Below, in pieces: positions 56,167-64,000 of a stretch of DNA of 64,000 nt. The notes beneath the pieces were generated by a model. The model ran no database searches, had not been told where the DNA came from, and saw only the letters and a list, made by a program, of their open reading frames with translations. Positions within the stretch are counted from its first letter, which is position 1; every line of letters begins with the position of its first letter. This DNA is from an uncultured Candidatus Peribacteria bacterium (GTDB lineage Bacteria; Patescibacteriota; Gracilibacteria; UBA1369; LOWO2-01-FULL-3). The stretch is taken from NCBI GenBank assembly GCA_964480115.1, contig CAYZOB010000049.1, positions 23,712 through 87,711 on the forward strand, in the 5' to 3' direction. The position numbers and the translations under genes were made by a program.

Positions 56167-57321
56167 TCAGGGAATTTCAATCACCCCGTTTTTTATTTGC
56201 TCCTGGAGCTTTTCACCATAATTACCGTAGCCAATAAACTTTGGAATCCATTTCGCCCGCTCTTCCTCTGTCATCATTCTGGATTGAGATTTTTCACTTT
56301 TCATTGGGAAAAGATAGAATTTGGTACGTAAATTTTCGCCTTCATGATCAAGAACCAAACCGACCGCCAATTCTTCCTGCGTATCTCCCGACCAGTATTG
56401 ATCAAAAACAAAATTTCCCAGAGAATATAAAATCAGCTTTCCATTATAGACTTCAAAATTTTGCACCACATGTGGGTGATGGCCGATTATCAGATCCGCT
56501 CCGGCATCTATAAAGGCGCGCGCCGGCTCAATTTGTAACTCATAATTTGCCTTATGTTGATATTCGATACCCCAATGGATTGAAACGATCAGGTAATTCA
56601 CATTTTTGCGTACCGATTTTATAAGTTCAAGAGCAGCTTCCAGATCGAGCTTGCGAATTGCACTATGCAGACAAATAAAAGCATAATTTTCTCTTCCGAC
56701 GGTGCCATAATGTACACTGTTTGAGTCAGCTTCATTTGCATTACCACACCAGCCGAGATCATTTTTTTCTAAGGTTTTAATGGTGTTTTCGCGACCTGTT
56801 TGACCTTGATCCTGCGCATGATTATTGGCAATAGAAAGCAGTGTGAAGCCATAATTTTTCAAAAGTGCTCCAATGTCTTCATTAAAAGAGAACATCATTG
56901 AAGTTCCGCCTTTTTTACCCTGCCCATCGATAGGACCTTCTAAATTTCCAAACACCACGTTTGCATCCTCCGTGAATAATCCGGCCGGATTTGGAATTTT
57001 TTCGAAAGGATAATTTAGACCATTTTCATCCATCAATACGCGTACATATCGCCCCAACATTACATCCCCAAAAGCCATGATTGAAAGGCTCTTGGGTTTT
57101 TGGACAAGATTCATAGCGGCATTTTTACCGGCAGACAGGCGGGAATGTGATTTGGCCATAGCGGGTAGACTTGAACTATTCTGACTGTCGGCGGCCTTGC
57201 CATTTTCTCGATTCACTACCACATATTTCACCACATCGACAAAAGTCACTTCCTTAATATGGACTTTATAAAGAATGACTGTTGCCGCTATTACTCCAAG
57301 CAAAAGCGTCCATTTGGACAT
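56167..57321 (-). CDS. CapA-family metallophosphatase-like envelope protein
   Basis: N-terminal TM. MAFGDVMLGR, ANNHAQD and GHHPHV motifs are typical of CapA/PgsA-like proteins. Confidence 0.8.
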   Translation of the reverse strand: MSKWTLLLGVIAATVILYKVHIKEVTFVDVVKYVVVNRENGKAADSQNSSSLPAMAKSHSRLSAGKNAAMNLVQKPKSLSIMAFGDVMLGRYVRVLMDENGLNYPFEKIPNPAGLFTEDANVVFGNLEGPIDGQGKKGGTSMMFSFNEDIGALLKNYGFTLLSIANNHAQDQGQTGRENTIKTLEKNDLGWCGNANEADSNSVHYGTVGRENYAFICLHSAIRKLDLEAALELIKSVRKNVNYLIVSIHWGIEYQHKANYELQIEPARAFIDAGADLIIGHHPHVVQNFEVYNGKLILYSLGNFVFDQYWSGDTQEELAVGLVLDHEGENLRTKFYLFPMKSEKSQSRMMTEEERAKWIPKFIGYGNYGEKLQEQIKNGVIEIP

Positions 57322-57325
57322 AGGC

Positions 57326-57583
57326 TTAATTTAGAAGTTTTCCCAGCTCGTTAGTCGCATCCAGAGCCTTCAAGTCGTCAAAAGTGCCAATATGATGACC
57401 ATTAATAAAAATCTGCGGAGTATCTTTTCTATCACCCGGGGTTTTAGCTTCCATTTCCGCCAGTGTGCTGGGATCGGAATCAATGAGCTTTTCATCAAAT
57501 GCCACCCCTTTCTTTTTTAAAAATTCTTTGCACTGCTGAGAGAACGGACAATAAGTTTTTGTATAAATTACGACTTCTGCCAT
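57326..57583 (-). CDS. glutaredoxin-family protein
   Basis: VVIYTKTYCPFSQQCKEFL ... PQIFINGHHIGTFDDL. The active site reads CPFS, so it is possibly monothiol. The ATG at 57583 is preferred. Confidence 0.8.
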   Translation of the reverse strand: MAEVVIYTKTYCPFSQQCKEFLKKKGVAFDEKLIDSDPSTLAEMEAKTPGDRKDTPQIFINGHHIGTFDDLKALDATNELGKLLN

Positions 57584-57677
57584 AAAAATTATCAATTATG
57601 AATTATAAACGATCAATTTAGCAAATTCACATTATCAACAGTCCGATCATAATTGTTAATTAAAAATTGTAAATTGT

Positions 57678-58181
57678 TCATACATTATGATACTCCTTTC
57701 CTTTTAGAATTGAAACCCCTCGATAAATCTGTTCCAACAGAAAAAGCCGAATCATTTGATGGGTAAAAGTCATTTTGGATAAGGCTATTTTACTCGAATT
57801 TACCCTTACTTCTAGCAATTTTTTCACTGCCTCTGACAATCCGTAAGGTCCACCAATTACAAAATTCATCGTCTGTCCCATATCTGCAAATTTTCCCAGG
57901 AATCCGGCAAATTCCATGGAAGTCATCTCTTTGCCATTTTCATCCAGCAAAACGACGGCTTCTTGACTCGAGTTTTTTTTAAAATTCTCAATAGTTTTTA
58001 AAATTTCTTTGCCCTCGGCTTCTATAGCCTTTTCCTTTATAAAAGTTTTTGCGACCGCAACTTCTTGCAAAGTAATAAATTCCATATTTACAAACGGTTT
58101 GAGTCGTCTAACAAACTCTTCCATCCCTTCAAGGACATAGTCATCTTTTGTTTTGCCGATTTGAATAATGCGGATTTTCAT
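57678..58181 (-). CDS. rlmH: 23S rRNA (pseudouridine1915-N3)-methyltransferase RlmH
   Basis: MKIRIIQIGKTKD start. SPOUT C-terminus (FVIGGPYGLS ... LSKMTFTHQM.R..LLEQIYR). Confidence 0.88.
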   Translation of the reverse strand: MKIRIIQIGKTKDDYVLEGMEEFVRRLKPFVNMEFITLQEVAVAKTFIKEKAIEAEGKEILKTIENFKKNSSQEAVVLLDENGKEMTSMEFAGFLGKFADMGQTMNFVIGGPYGLSEAVKKLLEVRVNSSKIALSKMTFTHQMIRLFLLEQIYRGVSILKGKEYHNV

Positions 58182-58356
58182 ATGGCCATTGTAGGTGGAA
58201 TTAATAAATCGGCAAGGAGATAGAAAAATTCGTACAGTATTTTCCAATTTTTATGCCAAATTGCTCTGATCTTCTATCCATAATCCCATCTGCCAAAAAT
58301 ACAGCTTGTAAAAATTCCGCCTTACTTTGATAATTAGCCAGATAAAAACTCACTTC

Positions 58357-58869
58357 ATGCACGATAAAATTGAGATCTACACTGATGGAAGCTGCCTGGG
58401 AAATCCCGGACCGGGAGGCTGGGGCGTGCTCATTGTAAACCCGGAGAACTTACCAAGAAAATCAATAAGCTCAACAAAATCGAATTTCAAGGAATCAAAG
58501 AGTTCAGCTGCTACTGACATTAGCTTCTCCGGCTGCGAGCCTCACTCCACCAATAATCGCATGGAAATGATGGCAATAATAAAAGCCCTGGAATGGCTTC
58601 GTGAAAATCTCAACAAAGGCCAACTTGCCAGCATGAGAATAACGATTTACAGCGATTCCAATCTCCTCATGGGCACTCTAAATCAAGGCTGGAAGCGCAA
58701 AGCCAATACCGACCTCTGGGCGCAGATTGATAAACTTCGCGCCTGGCTCAATATCGAGTGGGTTTGGGTAAAAGCTCACGCCACCAACAAGAAAAATAAT
58801 CAGGTGGATAAGCTGGCTTTAGCGGCAGCCACGAAAGCTAAAAATGCTTTACCTAAAGAGGATTATTGA
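58357..58869 (+). CDS. rnhA: ribonuclease HI (with an internal insertion)
   Basis: IEIYTDGSCLGNPGPGGWG, TNNRMEMMA, YSDS and a C-terminal N..VD motif give the DEDD catalytic pattern. An S/K-rich insertion of about 25 aa follows strand 2. Confidence 0.88.
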   Translation: MHDKIEIYTDGSCLGNPGPGGWGVLIVNPENLPRKSISSTKSNFKESKSSAATDISFSGCEPHSTNNRMEMMAIIKALEWLRENLNKGQLASMRITIYSDSNLLMGTLNQGWKRKANTDLWAQIDKLRAWLNIEWVWVKAHATNKKNNQVDKLALAAATKAKNALPKEDY

Positions 58870-58989
58870 AACAAAGCTCTTTAGCCACCGGTCCGATGCC
58901 TTCATGAAATCACATTCCAGGGAACGCGATTTCAGCGACTAGACAAATCAATGAAAGATAAGCTAATATAACAACCTTTAAATAATTTT

Positions 58990-59742
58990 ATGTCCAAATT
59001 ATCATTGGTTCCCGGTGGCAAAGTTGATTTAGAATCATTAAGTGAAACAGAAAGAGCAGTCCAAAGAGTCATGGACACAATTAGTCAAATTGCTAACGGG
59101 GTTGATAGCATGGGAAGGAGGGGGCTAGCCTTGTCCACCGAATCATTCCCATGCAAGGATTTTGATATTGAAGGGGTAAAAGACCGACTTAAAGATGAAT
59201 GTGTAGTCTATGGAGTTGTTGAAAATGATGGTAGAGGCAATCTAGCTACAACAATTCAACCTGAAAGTTTTAAAAAATTTCGAGCTGCCAAGCCCACTGC
59301 CAAAGCAATACAATTCGATCTGCAAATTTTAATAAAAAAAACTTTTTCTAGAGCAGGAGAATCTGCCAGCTGGGATTTTATCTGTTCAGGAGTTAATGAT
59401 GTGCCACCTTTTTTGTATCAAATTGTGCCAGGAGATGAAGTTTATTATTTCTATTCACCGGATTTGAAAGACCATAATCCTTATCTCGGCAAGAGATTTT
59501 ATGAAATTGAAGAGGAATTGGCAGCAATACATGGTCCCAACTCCGAAGTAGTCAAAAATATTCAGCAAGTAGTTGAATTATATCACAGCCTTCTTTATGT
59601 GAAGCTCGCTCCGAAAGCGAATTCCATTGCAATTAACCGTCTAAGAGAATTAATTCTAAAAGTGGGTGATGCGGCCAGAGCAATCATTAAAGATTTTGAC
59701 AGAGATGCTCACGACAATGAGGGCTGGGAAACGATTGATTAA
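58990..59742 (+). CDS. hypothetical cytoplasmic protein (250 aa)
   Basis: Clean ORF with normal composition. No family recognised. Confidence 0.5.
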   Translation: MSKLSLVPGGKVDLESLSETERAVQRVMDTISQIANGVDSMGRRGLALSTESFPCKDFDIEGVKDRLKDECVVYGVVENDGRGNLATTIQPESFKKFRAAKPTAKAIQFDLQILIKKTFSRAGESASWDFICSGVNDVPPFLYQIVPGDEVYYFYSPDLKDHNPYLGKRFYEIEEELAAIHGPNSEVVKNIQQVVELYHSLLYVKLAPKANSIAINRLRELILKVGDAARAIIKDFDRDAHDNEGWETID

Positions 59743-59869
59743 AACAACACATTTCCAGTTACCACATAACACCTTCCGCCTGCCTGCCTGTCCGGCTAGG
59801 CGGTAACGGAATTTAGTTTTGATATGCTCAATGCAGTAATTCCGGAACAAAACGCAGTTCTGGAACGTC

Positions 59870-60178
59870 CTAGCCCAACTTCGCCTTAATCTTTTCCTTG
59901 GCCTGAAAGCCCACACTTGTGTCTACCACTTTTCCATCTTTAAAGAACAGCAAAGTAGGAATACTCTGAACGCTATATTTTTCAGCGGTTTTTGGCGCCT
60001 GATCCACATCAACTTTTCCAATTTTCCATTTTCCCTCATATTCCCCAGCCAGCCCGTCAATGATAGGCCCCATCATTTTGCAGGGTCCGCACCATTCGGC
60101 AAAAAAATCCACCAGTACGGGAATATCTGATTTCAAAACCTCTTTTTCGAAATTTTCATCTGTGAATACTTGATGCAT
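59870..60178 (-). CDS. trxA: thioredoxin
   Basis: WCGPC active site in the canonical context (VDFFAEWCGPCKMMGP). Confidence 0.95.
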   Translation of the reverse strand: MHQVFTDENFEKEVLKSDIPVLVDFFAEWCGPCKMMGPIIDGLAGEYEGKWKIGKVDVDQAPKTAEKYSVQSIPTLLFFKDGKVVDTSVGFQAKEKIKAKLG

Positions 60179-60218
60179 ATGTTTAATATTAAATTATAAT
60201 CTAGGCTCACACTTTAAC

Positions 60219-61490
60219 TCAAACCGCCGCATTTTTCAAAACTTCTTTTACCTGATTGATCCATTCGTCGGGATCAGCGGCATTGGCAAGACCTACATAG
60301 GATTTACGCAAAATTCTTAAATATGGAAGTTTGCGAATGGCATATTGATAGGGTGAGTGACGAAGTTCGCGTTTATCTTTAAAACAAGGATCTTTCACGA
60401 AACGCAAATTCACCAACGCCTGATCTATTTCCATGATTTTATCCTCCAGTTTATCTGCCGGCGCACCCTGCTCCATAATAATTTTGTAAAAATAAGTTTC
60501 GTGTCTATCCGGCTTATTCTTAGCAGCTCCAGCCGTTTGACCACTTTGTTGCCATCTTGGCAGAATACAAAAAGCCACCGTGTTCTGAGCCGGAATGGCA
60601 TACATCACCCAGCGGATAAAATTATTTTTCACCGCATCATCCCGCGCAATGCCATAAAAAACATTGTAATCATCCACCATGTCTCGCAAAAAGCCCATCT
60701 TCTTTTTCAAAATTTCATCCTGGAAAATAAATTCTTCCACTTCTTTCGCCAATTCCTTATCCATTTTTTGTAAATCCTTCAAGCACACCGCTTTGCCGGC
60801 CTTCATCTTATAAGCGAGTTTCAGTAGAGTGCTTGCGTGAAATTGCATGAAAGCCTGTTTCAAAACATCGTTCACGATTGTTTCATACATACCCCCCAGT
60901 AATGCATCCATTTTTTCCTGAAAAAACTCAAAATCATTGCCCAGCTGTGAAAAAATAATTGTCGTGCCGTCATCCATCACCACTTTCAAAGTATATTCAT
61001 CTTCATCAAATTCGTAAAAATTCACAAAATTAAAATGCATACTGAATGCATCTTGTTTTGGAGGAATAACCAGCAAACTTCCCTCATACAAGCGTAATTT
61101 ACCTGTGCCTTTATTAATGGGTTTGCCGAATTTACTGACTTGCTGGAAAGCACCATCAAACTCCGCTTTCAATTTTCCGGCCTTCATGAATAGTGCATCC
61201 ATCAGGAATTCATTGCGTGATTTATAAATATCCACTACCAGCTGATCAAAAAGCGTCGCCGCCTCGGATAGTGTATACTTCTCCTTCATGAAGGTAATAA
61301 AAAACAGCTTATCATCACGGAAATAGAATTCCTTAATCTCGGAAAAATTTATCAGCTCACCCTTGTCTCCGGCTCCCTTTCCTTTGAGGCGAAAACCCTT
61401 ACTGTAAATTACCACTTCGCCTTCTTTATCGAGAATTATTCTATTCGCAAAATTACTTTTTTGATAACGCAGATTATAGGAAACTTCCAT
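60219..61490 (-). CDS. hypothetical cytoplasmic protein (423 aa)
   Basis: Clean ORF. No family recognised. No TM or signal. Confidence 0.5.
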   Translation of the reverse strand: MEVSYNLRYQKSNFANRIILDKEGEVVIYSKGFRLKGKGAGDKGELINFSEIKEFYFRDDKLFFITFMKEKYTLSEAATLFDQLVVDIYKSRNEFLMDALFMKAGKLKAEFDGAFQQVSKFGKPINKGTGKLRLYEGSLLVIPPKQDAFSMHFNFVNFYEFDEDEYTLKVVMDDGTTIIFSQLGNDFEFFQEKMDALLGGMYETIVNDVLKQAFMQFHASTLLKLAYKMKAGKAVCLKDLQKMDKELAKEVEEFIFQDEILKKKMGFLRDMVDDYNVFYGIARDDAVKNNFIRWVMYAIPAQNTVAFCILPRWQQSGQTAGAAKNKPDRHETYFYKIIMEQGAPADKLEDKIMEIDQALVNLRFVKDPCFKDKRELRHSPYQYAIRKLPYLRILRKSYVGLANAADPDEWINQVKEVLKNAAV

Positions 61491-61671
61491 AGAAAAATTA
61501 CTTATTTAAGACTTAGCCTCGCATGCCCTGGAAGATTATAATTATTAATGAAAAAAACTCATGCCCTTTGTGCTTTGAACGGGACGAAACCAACTCTAGC
61601 TTTAAAGATTCGCTTTGTAAAGTGAAATTATCAATTATTGGCTTGGCAATGCTTGTTGGTATAGCCAAAAA

Positions 61672-64000
61672 ATGCTAAGTTCACAGCATATGAAAGCACT
61701 AAAACAAAACGCTTTTTATCTGGGATTTTCACTTCCTGCGCTCGTAATTATTTTATTCGGTCTGCTTGTTGTTAGCAATAGTAGCAACCATATTCAGACT
61801 ATCCGCGACGACCGGGTAATTACTATCCGGTCACATTTTTTTGCCTCTGTAACGAGTATTCCCGCTACTTTCAAAACCATGGATTTTTTTATTTCCGAGG
61901 TGAAAACCGCTGATTTTGAATTTACGGCAGTAGGCGGAGCTTGGGATGAAATTTCACCTGAAGGTACTAATGTTCAGGTACAGGCAAAATTCAAGATTCA
62001 TGGAACCTGGACGGACTGGCTTGATCTCGAAGAAGAGGAAGACAAGCTGGAGGCAGGAAAAAAATATGCGATGGCTCTTACCAATCCGGCCACCGCTTTA
62101 CAGTACAAATATATTATGTACGGAGACGGCAGTAAAGTACCTTTGATAAAAAATTCCGCATGGACTTTCCTCAGAACCGGTGAAAATATCTACGAAAAAA
62201 AGCCTGCAACCCGCTATGTCGCAGACATAACCGATTTGAAAAGTTTAATGCAAAGTACCAGCGATCCTGAAGTAATCAGCCGATCTTCCTGGGGTGCGAA
62301 TGAATCCTATCGCTATCTCGCCGACAATAATTCCGAGCCTCAGCTTATTCATCTCGATCCTGATTTCTATGATAAATATGCCAACGAATTGCAGTATTCC
62401 CGTGTCGTGGATACCGATGACAATGGTAACAAGTACAAATGGCCGCTGCAATATCCCGATAAAGTTGAGAAAATAGTGATTCATCACACCGCAGGCGTTG
62501 CCAACCTCGATAATCCCAAACAAGCCATACGCGATATCTATTACTACCACGCGGTAACTCGTGGTTGGGGCGACATAGGTTATAATTATATTGTTGATCA
62601 GCAGGGCAATATTTATGAGGGGCGCTATGGCGGCGAAGGAGTGATTGGCGCGCATGCCGGAGCGGGAAATCATGGTTCGATCGGCATTTCTTTTTTAGGC
62701 AACTTTACCCAGAATGATGTGCCGCAGGAAGCAATTGTCAAAACGGGTAAATTTATTTACAAAAAAAGCAAAATTCATGGCATCGATTCTCAGGGTGAAT
62801 CGGAGTTTCGTGGCAAAATCATGGCCAATCTTATTGGGCATCGTGACATTATGAGCACGGATTGTCCTGGACAATTTCTCTACGATAAAATTCCCATGCT
62901 CAAAATTTTGGCCAGCCAAAATTTCAATCTCAAGGCAAAATTTGTAAAAGACTATGATTATCAGGATAGTTCGGAAATTTTTTATTTGGAATTGAAACCG
63001 AATGAAGAGCGCGATTTAACGGTCAAGTTGCAAAACATCGGCAAAAACTCCTGGAATAATAAAACCTATCTGCGCATGCAGGATAGTGGGGATTTTACCG
63101 GCGTGATTTCTTTTCCGGGACGCAGGGGATATGACCTTGCCCTGATGCAGGAAAGCTCGGTGAATTCCGGTGATATGGGTACTTTTAAATTCAAAGTCAA
63201 AGCCGAGAAAAAACCGAAAACGGTTTATCTCAATTTTTCTCCGCGCATGAATGGTACGGAAATTCCCGATGACAAAATAATTATTCCAATAAGTATAGAA
63301 CAGCCGGTATACAAATATGAATTGGTCAGCACCAAATTTCCGGAAAAACTCATGAAACTCGGCGAAGTTTTCACCGGCTCAATTACTTTGAGAAATAAAG
63401 GCAATATAGCTTGGGATAATAGCGGCGAAGGCAAAATTTTTTTAAAAGGAAACAGCTTTGGCATTATAGCTGATTTGCAGGAGAATAGTGTGACTCCTGA
63501 CAAAAACGGTACATTTAATTTTACTTATACCGCCAAGCAAAACACCGGTTATTACAAGGAAATTTTCACGCCGCTAATGGAAGGTGCCACTTGGATTTCC
63601 AAGCAGGAAGTTTCTTTTGAAACGATTATTTATGAACGCGAATACGATTCCGAACTTTTATCAAAATCTGTCACCAAGAACTGGGAACAGGGCGCGAGCT
63701 ATAATCTCGCTATCAGCCTACGGAATATTGGTATGAATAGCTGGACTCAGGAAAATCTCAAAACTGCCTTTGCCAGGAGTAGTGATCTCACGATCGGTAA
63801 TTTAAAAATTTTTCCATCGAACGTAAGCCCCGGAGAAATTGGTACGATTACTTTCACTGCGAAGGTGGCTAAAGACGCCGTCGGTGAGAAGGGAGTGCTT
63901 TTGGTTACACCAAAAATGAATAGCGAAAAATTTGTTCAGAAACCACTGTATTTTTATTATAAAATTAGAGATAAGCAGCTTCAGACCAGCACCGAAAGCT
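61672..64000 (+). CDS. N-acetylmuramoyl-L-alanine amidase (Amidase_2/PGRP domain) with C-terminal Ig-like repeats; 3' end outside the window
   Basis: Absent from the ORF track because no stop is reached. Hand translation is open from ATG 61672 (alternative ATG 61690) to 64000. It has an N-terminal TM. The amidase core is KIVIHHTAGV...GWGDIGYNYIVDQQGNIYEGR...GAHAGAGNHGSIGISFLGNF...HRDIMSTDCPG. At least three repeats with an L.L.N.G...W pattern follow. Confidence 0.85.
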   Translation, partial: MLSSQHMKALKQNAFYLGFSLPALVIILFGLLVVSNSSNHIQTIRDDRVITIRSHFFASVTSIPATFKTMDFFISEVKTADFEFTAVGGAWDEISPEGTNVQVQAKFKIHGTWTDWLDLEEEEDKLEAGKKYAMALTNPATALQYKYIMYGDGSKVPLIKNSAWTFLRTGENIYEKKPATRYVADITDLKSLMQSTSDPEVISRSSWGANESYRYLADNNSEPQLIHLDPDFYDKYANELQYSRVVDTDDNGNKYKWPLQYPDKVEKIVIHHTAGVANLDNPKQAIRDIYYYHAVTRGWGDIGYNYIVDQQGNIYEGRYGGEGVIGAHAGAGNHGSIGISFLGNFTQNDVPQEAIVKTGKFIYKKSKIHGIDSQGESEFRGKIMANLIGHRDIMSTDCPGQFLYDKIPMLKILASQNFNLKAKFVKDYDYQDSSEIFYLELKPNEERDLTVKLQNIGKNSWNNKTYLRMQDSGDFTGVISFPGRRGYDLALMQESSVNSGDMGTFKFKVKAEKKPKTVYLNFSPRMNGTEIPDDKIIIPISIEQPVYKYELVSTKFPEKLMKLGEVFTGSITLRNKGNIAWDNSGEGKIFLKGNSFGIIADLQENSVTPDKNGTFNFTYTAKQNTGYYKEIFTPLMEGATWISKQEVSFETIIYEREYDSELLSKSVTKNWEQGASYNLAISLRNIGMNSWTQENLKTAFARSSDLTIGNLKIFPSNVSPGEIGTITFTAKVAKDAVGEKGVLLVTPKMNSEKFVQKPLYFYYKIRDKQLQTSTES

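Noticed and set aside
59743-59869. Hairpin CCGCCT-(16 nt)-AGGCGG between convergent genes, considered as a terminator.
   Set aside because: The stem is short, the loop is long and the T-run is poor, so it was not reported as a feature.
1-64000. Possible alternative genetic code (UGA or UAG reassignment), as seen in some candidate phyla.
   Set aside because: Conserved genes (uvrA, hisS, recJ, rplL, mazG and others) terminate at the expected length on TGA, TAA or TAG, and no in-frame stops interrupt them. The single TAG in the HNH-type gene is treated as a local anomaly.

Overview
The window looks like a gene-dense, AT-rich chromosome segment from a small-genome bacterium that uses the standard genetic code. 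Long ORFs are intact and TGA, TAA and TAG all serve as stops. The gene content (giant envelope protein, type IV pilus genes, SLH proteins, minimal housekeeping set) resembles Patescibacteria/CPR-like organisms. That placement is inference only.

Layout:
1. 1-4.4 kb: a PrsW-like membrane protease and uvrA.
2. 4.6-8.3 kb: an accessory islet. It holds a hypothetical gene with a G8 tract, an HNH-type gene broken by one in-frame TAG, an AT-rich iteron-like repeat field in front of an excisionase-type HTH gene, an untracked 56-aa zinc-ribbon ORF, and a C/A-rich repeat array.
3. 8.3-27.0 kb: a tightly coupled five-gene minus-strand operon. It is led by a 14.35-kb ORF (4784 aa, mosaic envelope/adhesin-like protein) followed by four exported proteins of unknown family. 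This is my main candidate for an undescribed system.
4. 27.1-29.8 kb: an AbiEi/AbiEii toxin-antitoxin pair plus a DUF1016/YhcG-type PDDEXK nuclease gene. Each unit is preceded by a copy of the same 43-bp palindrome-containing repeat.
5. 29.9-35.2 kb: type IV pilus genes (pilin, PilC, PilB and two bitopic membrane proteins).
6. 35.2-64 kb: mostly housekeeping and envelope genes. These are rplJL, miaA, mazG, recJ, a DHH phosphoesterase, an SLH protein, hisS, tsaD, cca, rlmD, an LCP protein, tRNA-Gly(UCC), a nitroreductase, a polysaccharide deacetylase, a C39-like peptidase, a beta-CASP MBL nuclease, CapA, glutaredoxin, rlmH, rnhA and trxA. A 3'-truncated Amidase_2 gene absent from the ORF track closes the window.

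No rRNA and no CRISPR array were seen. All functional calls come from motif recognition by eye, with no database search.
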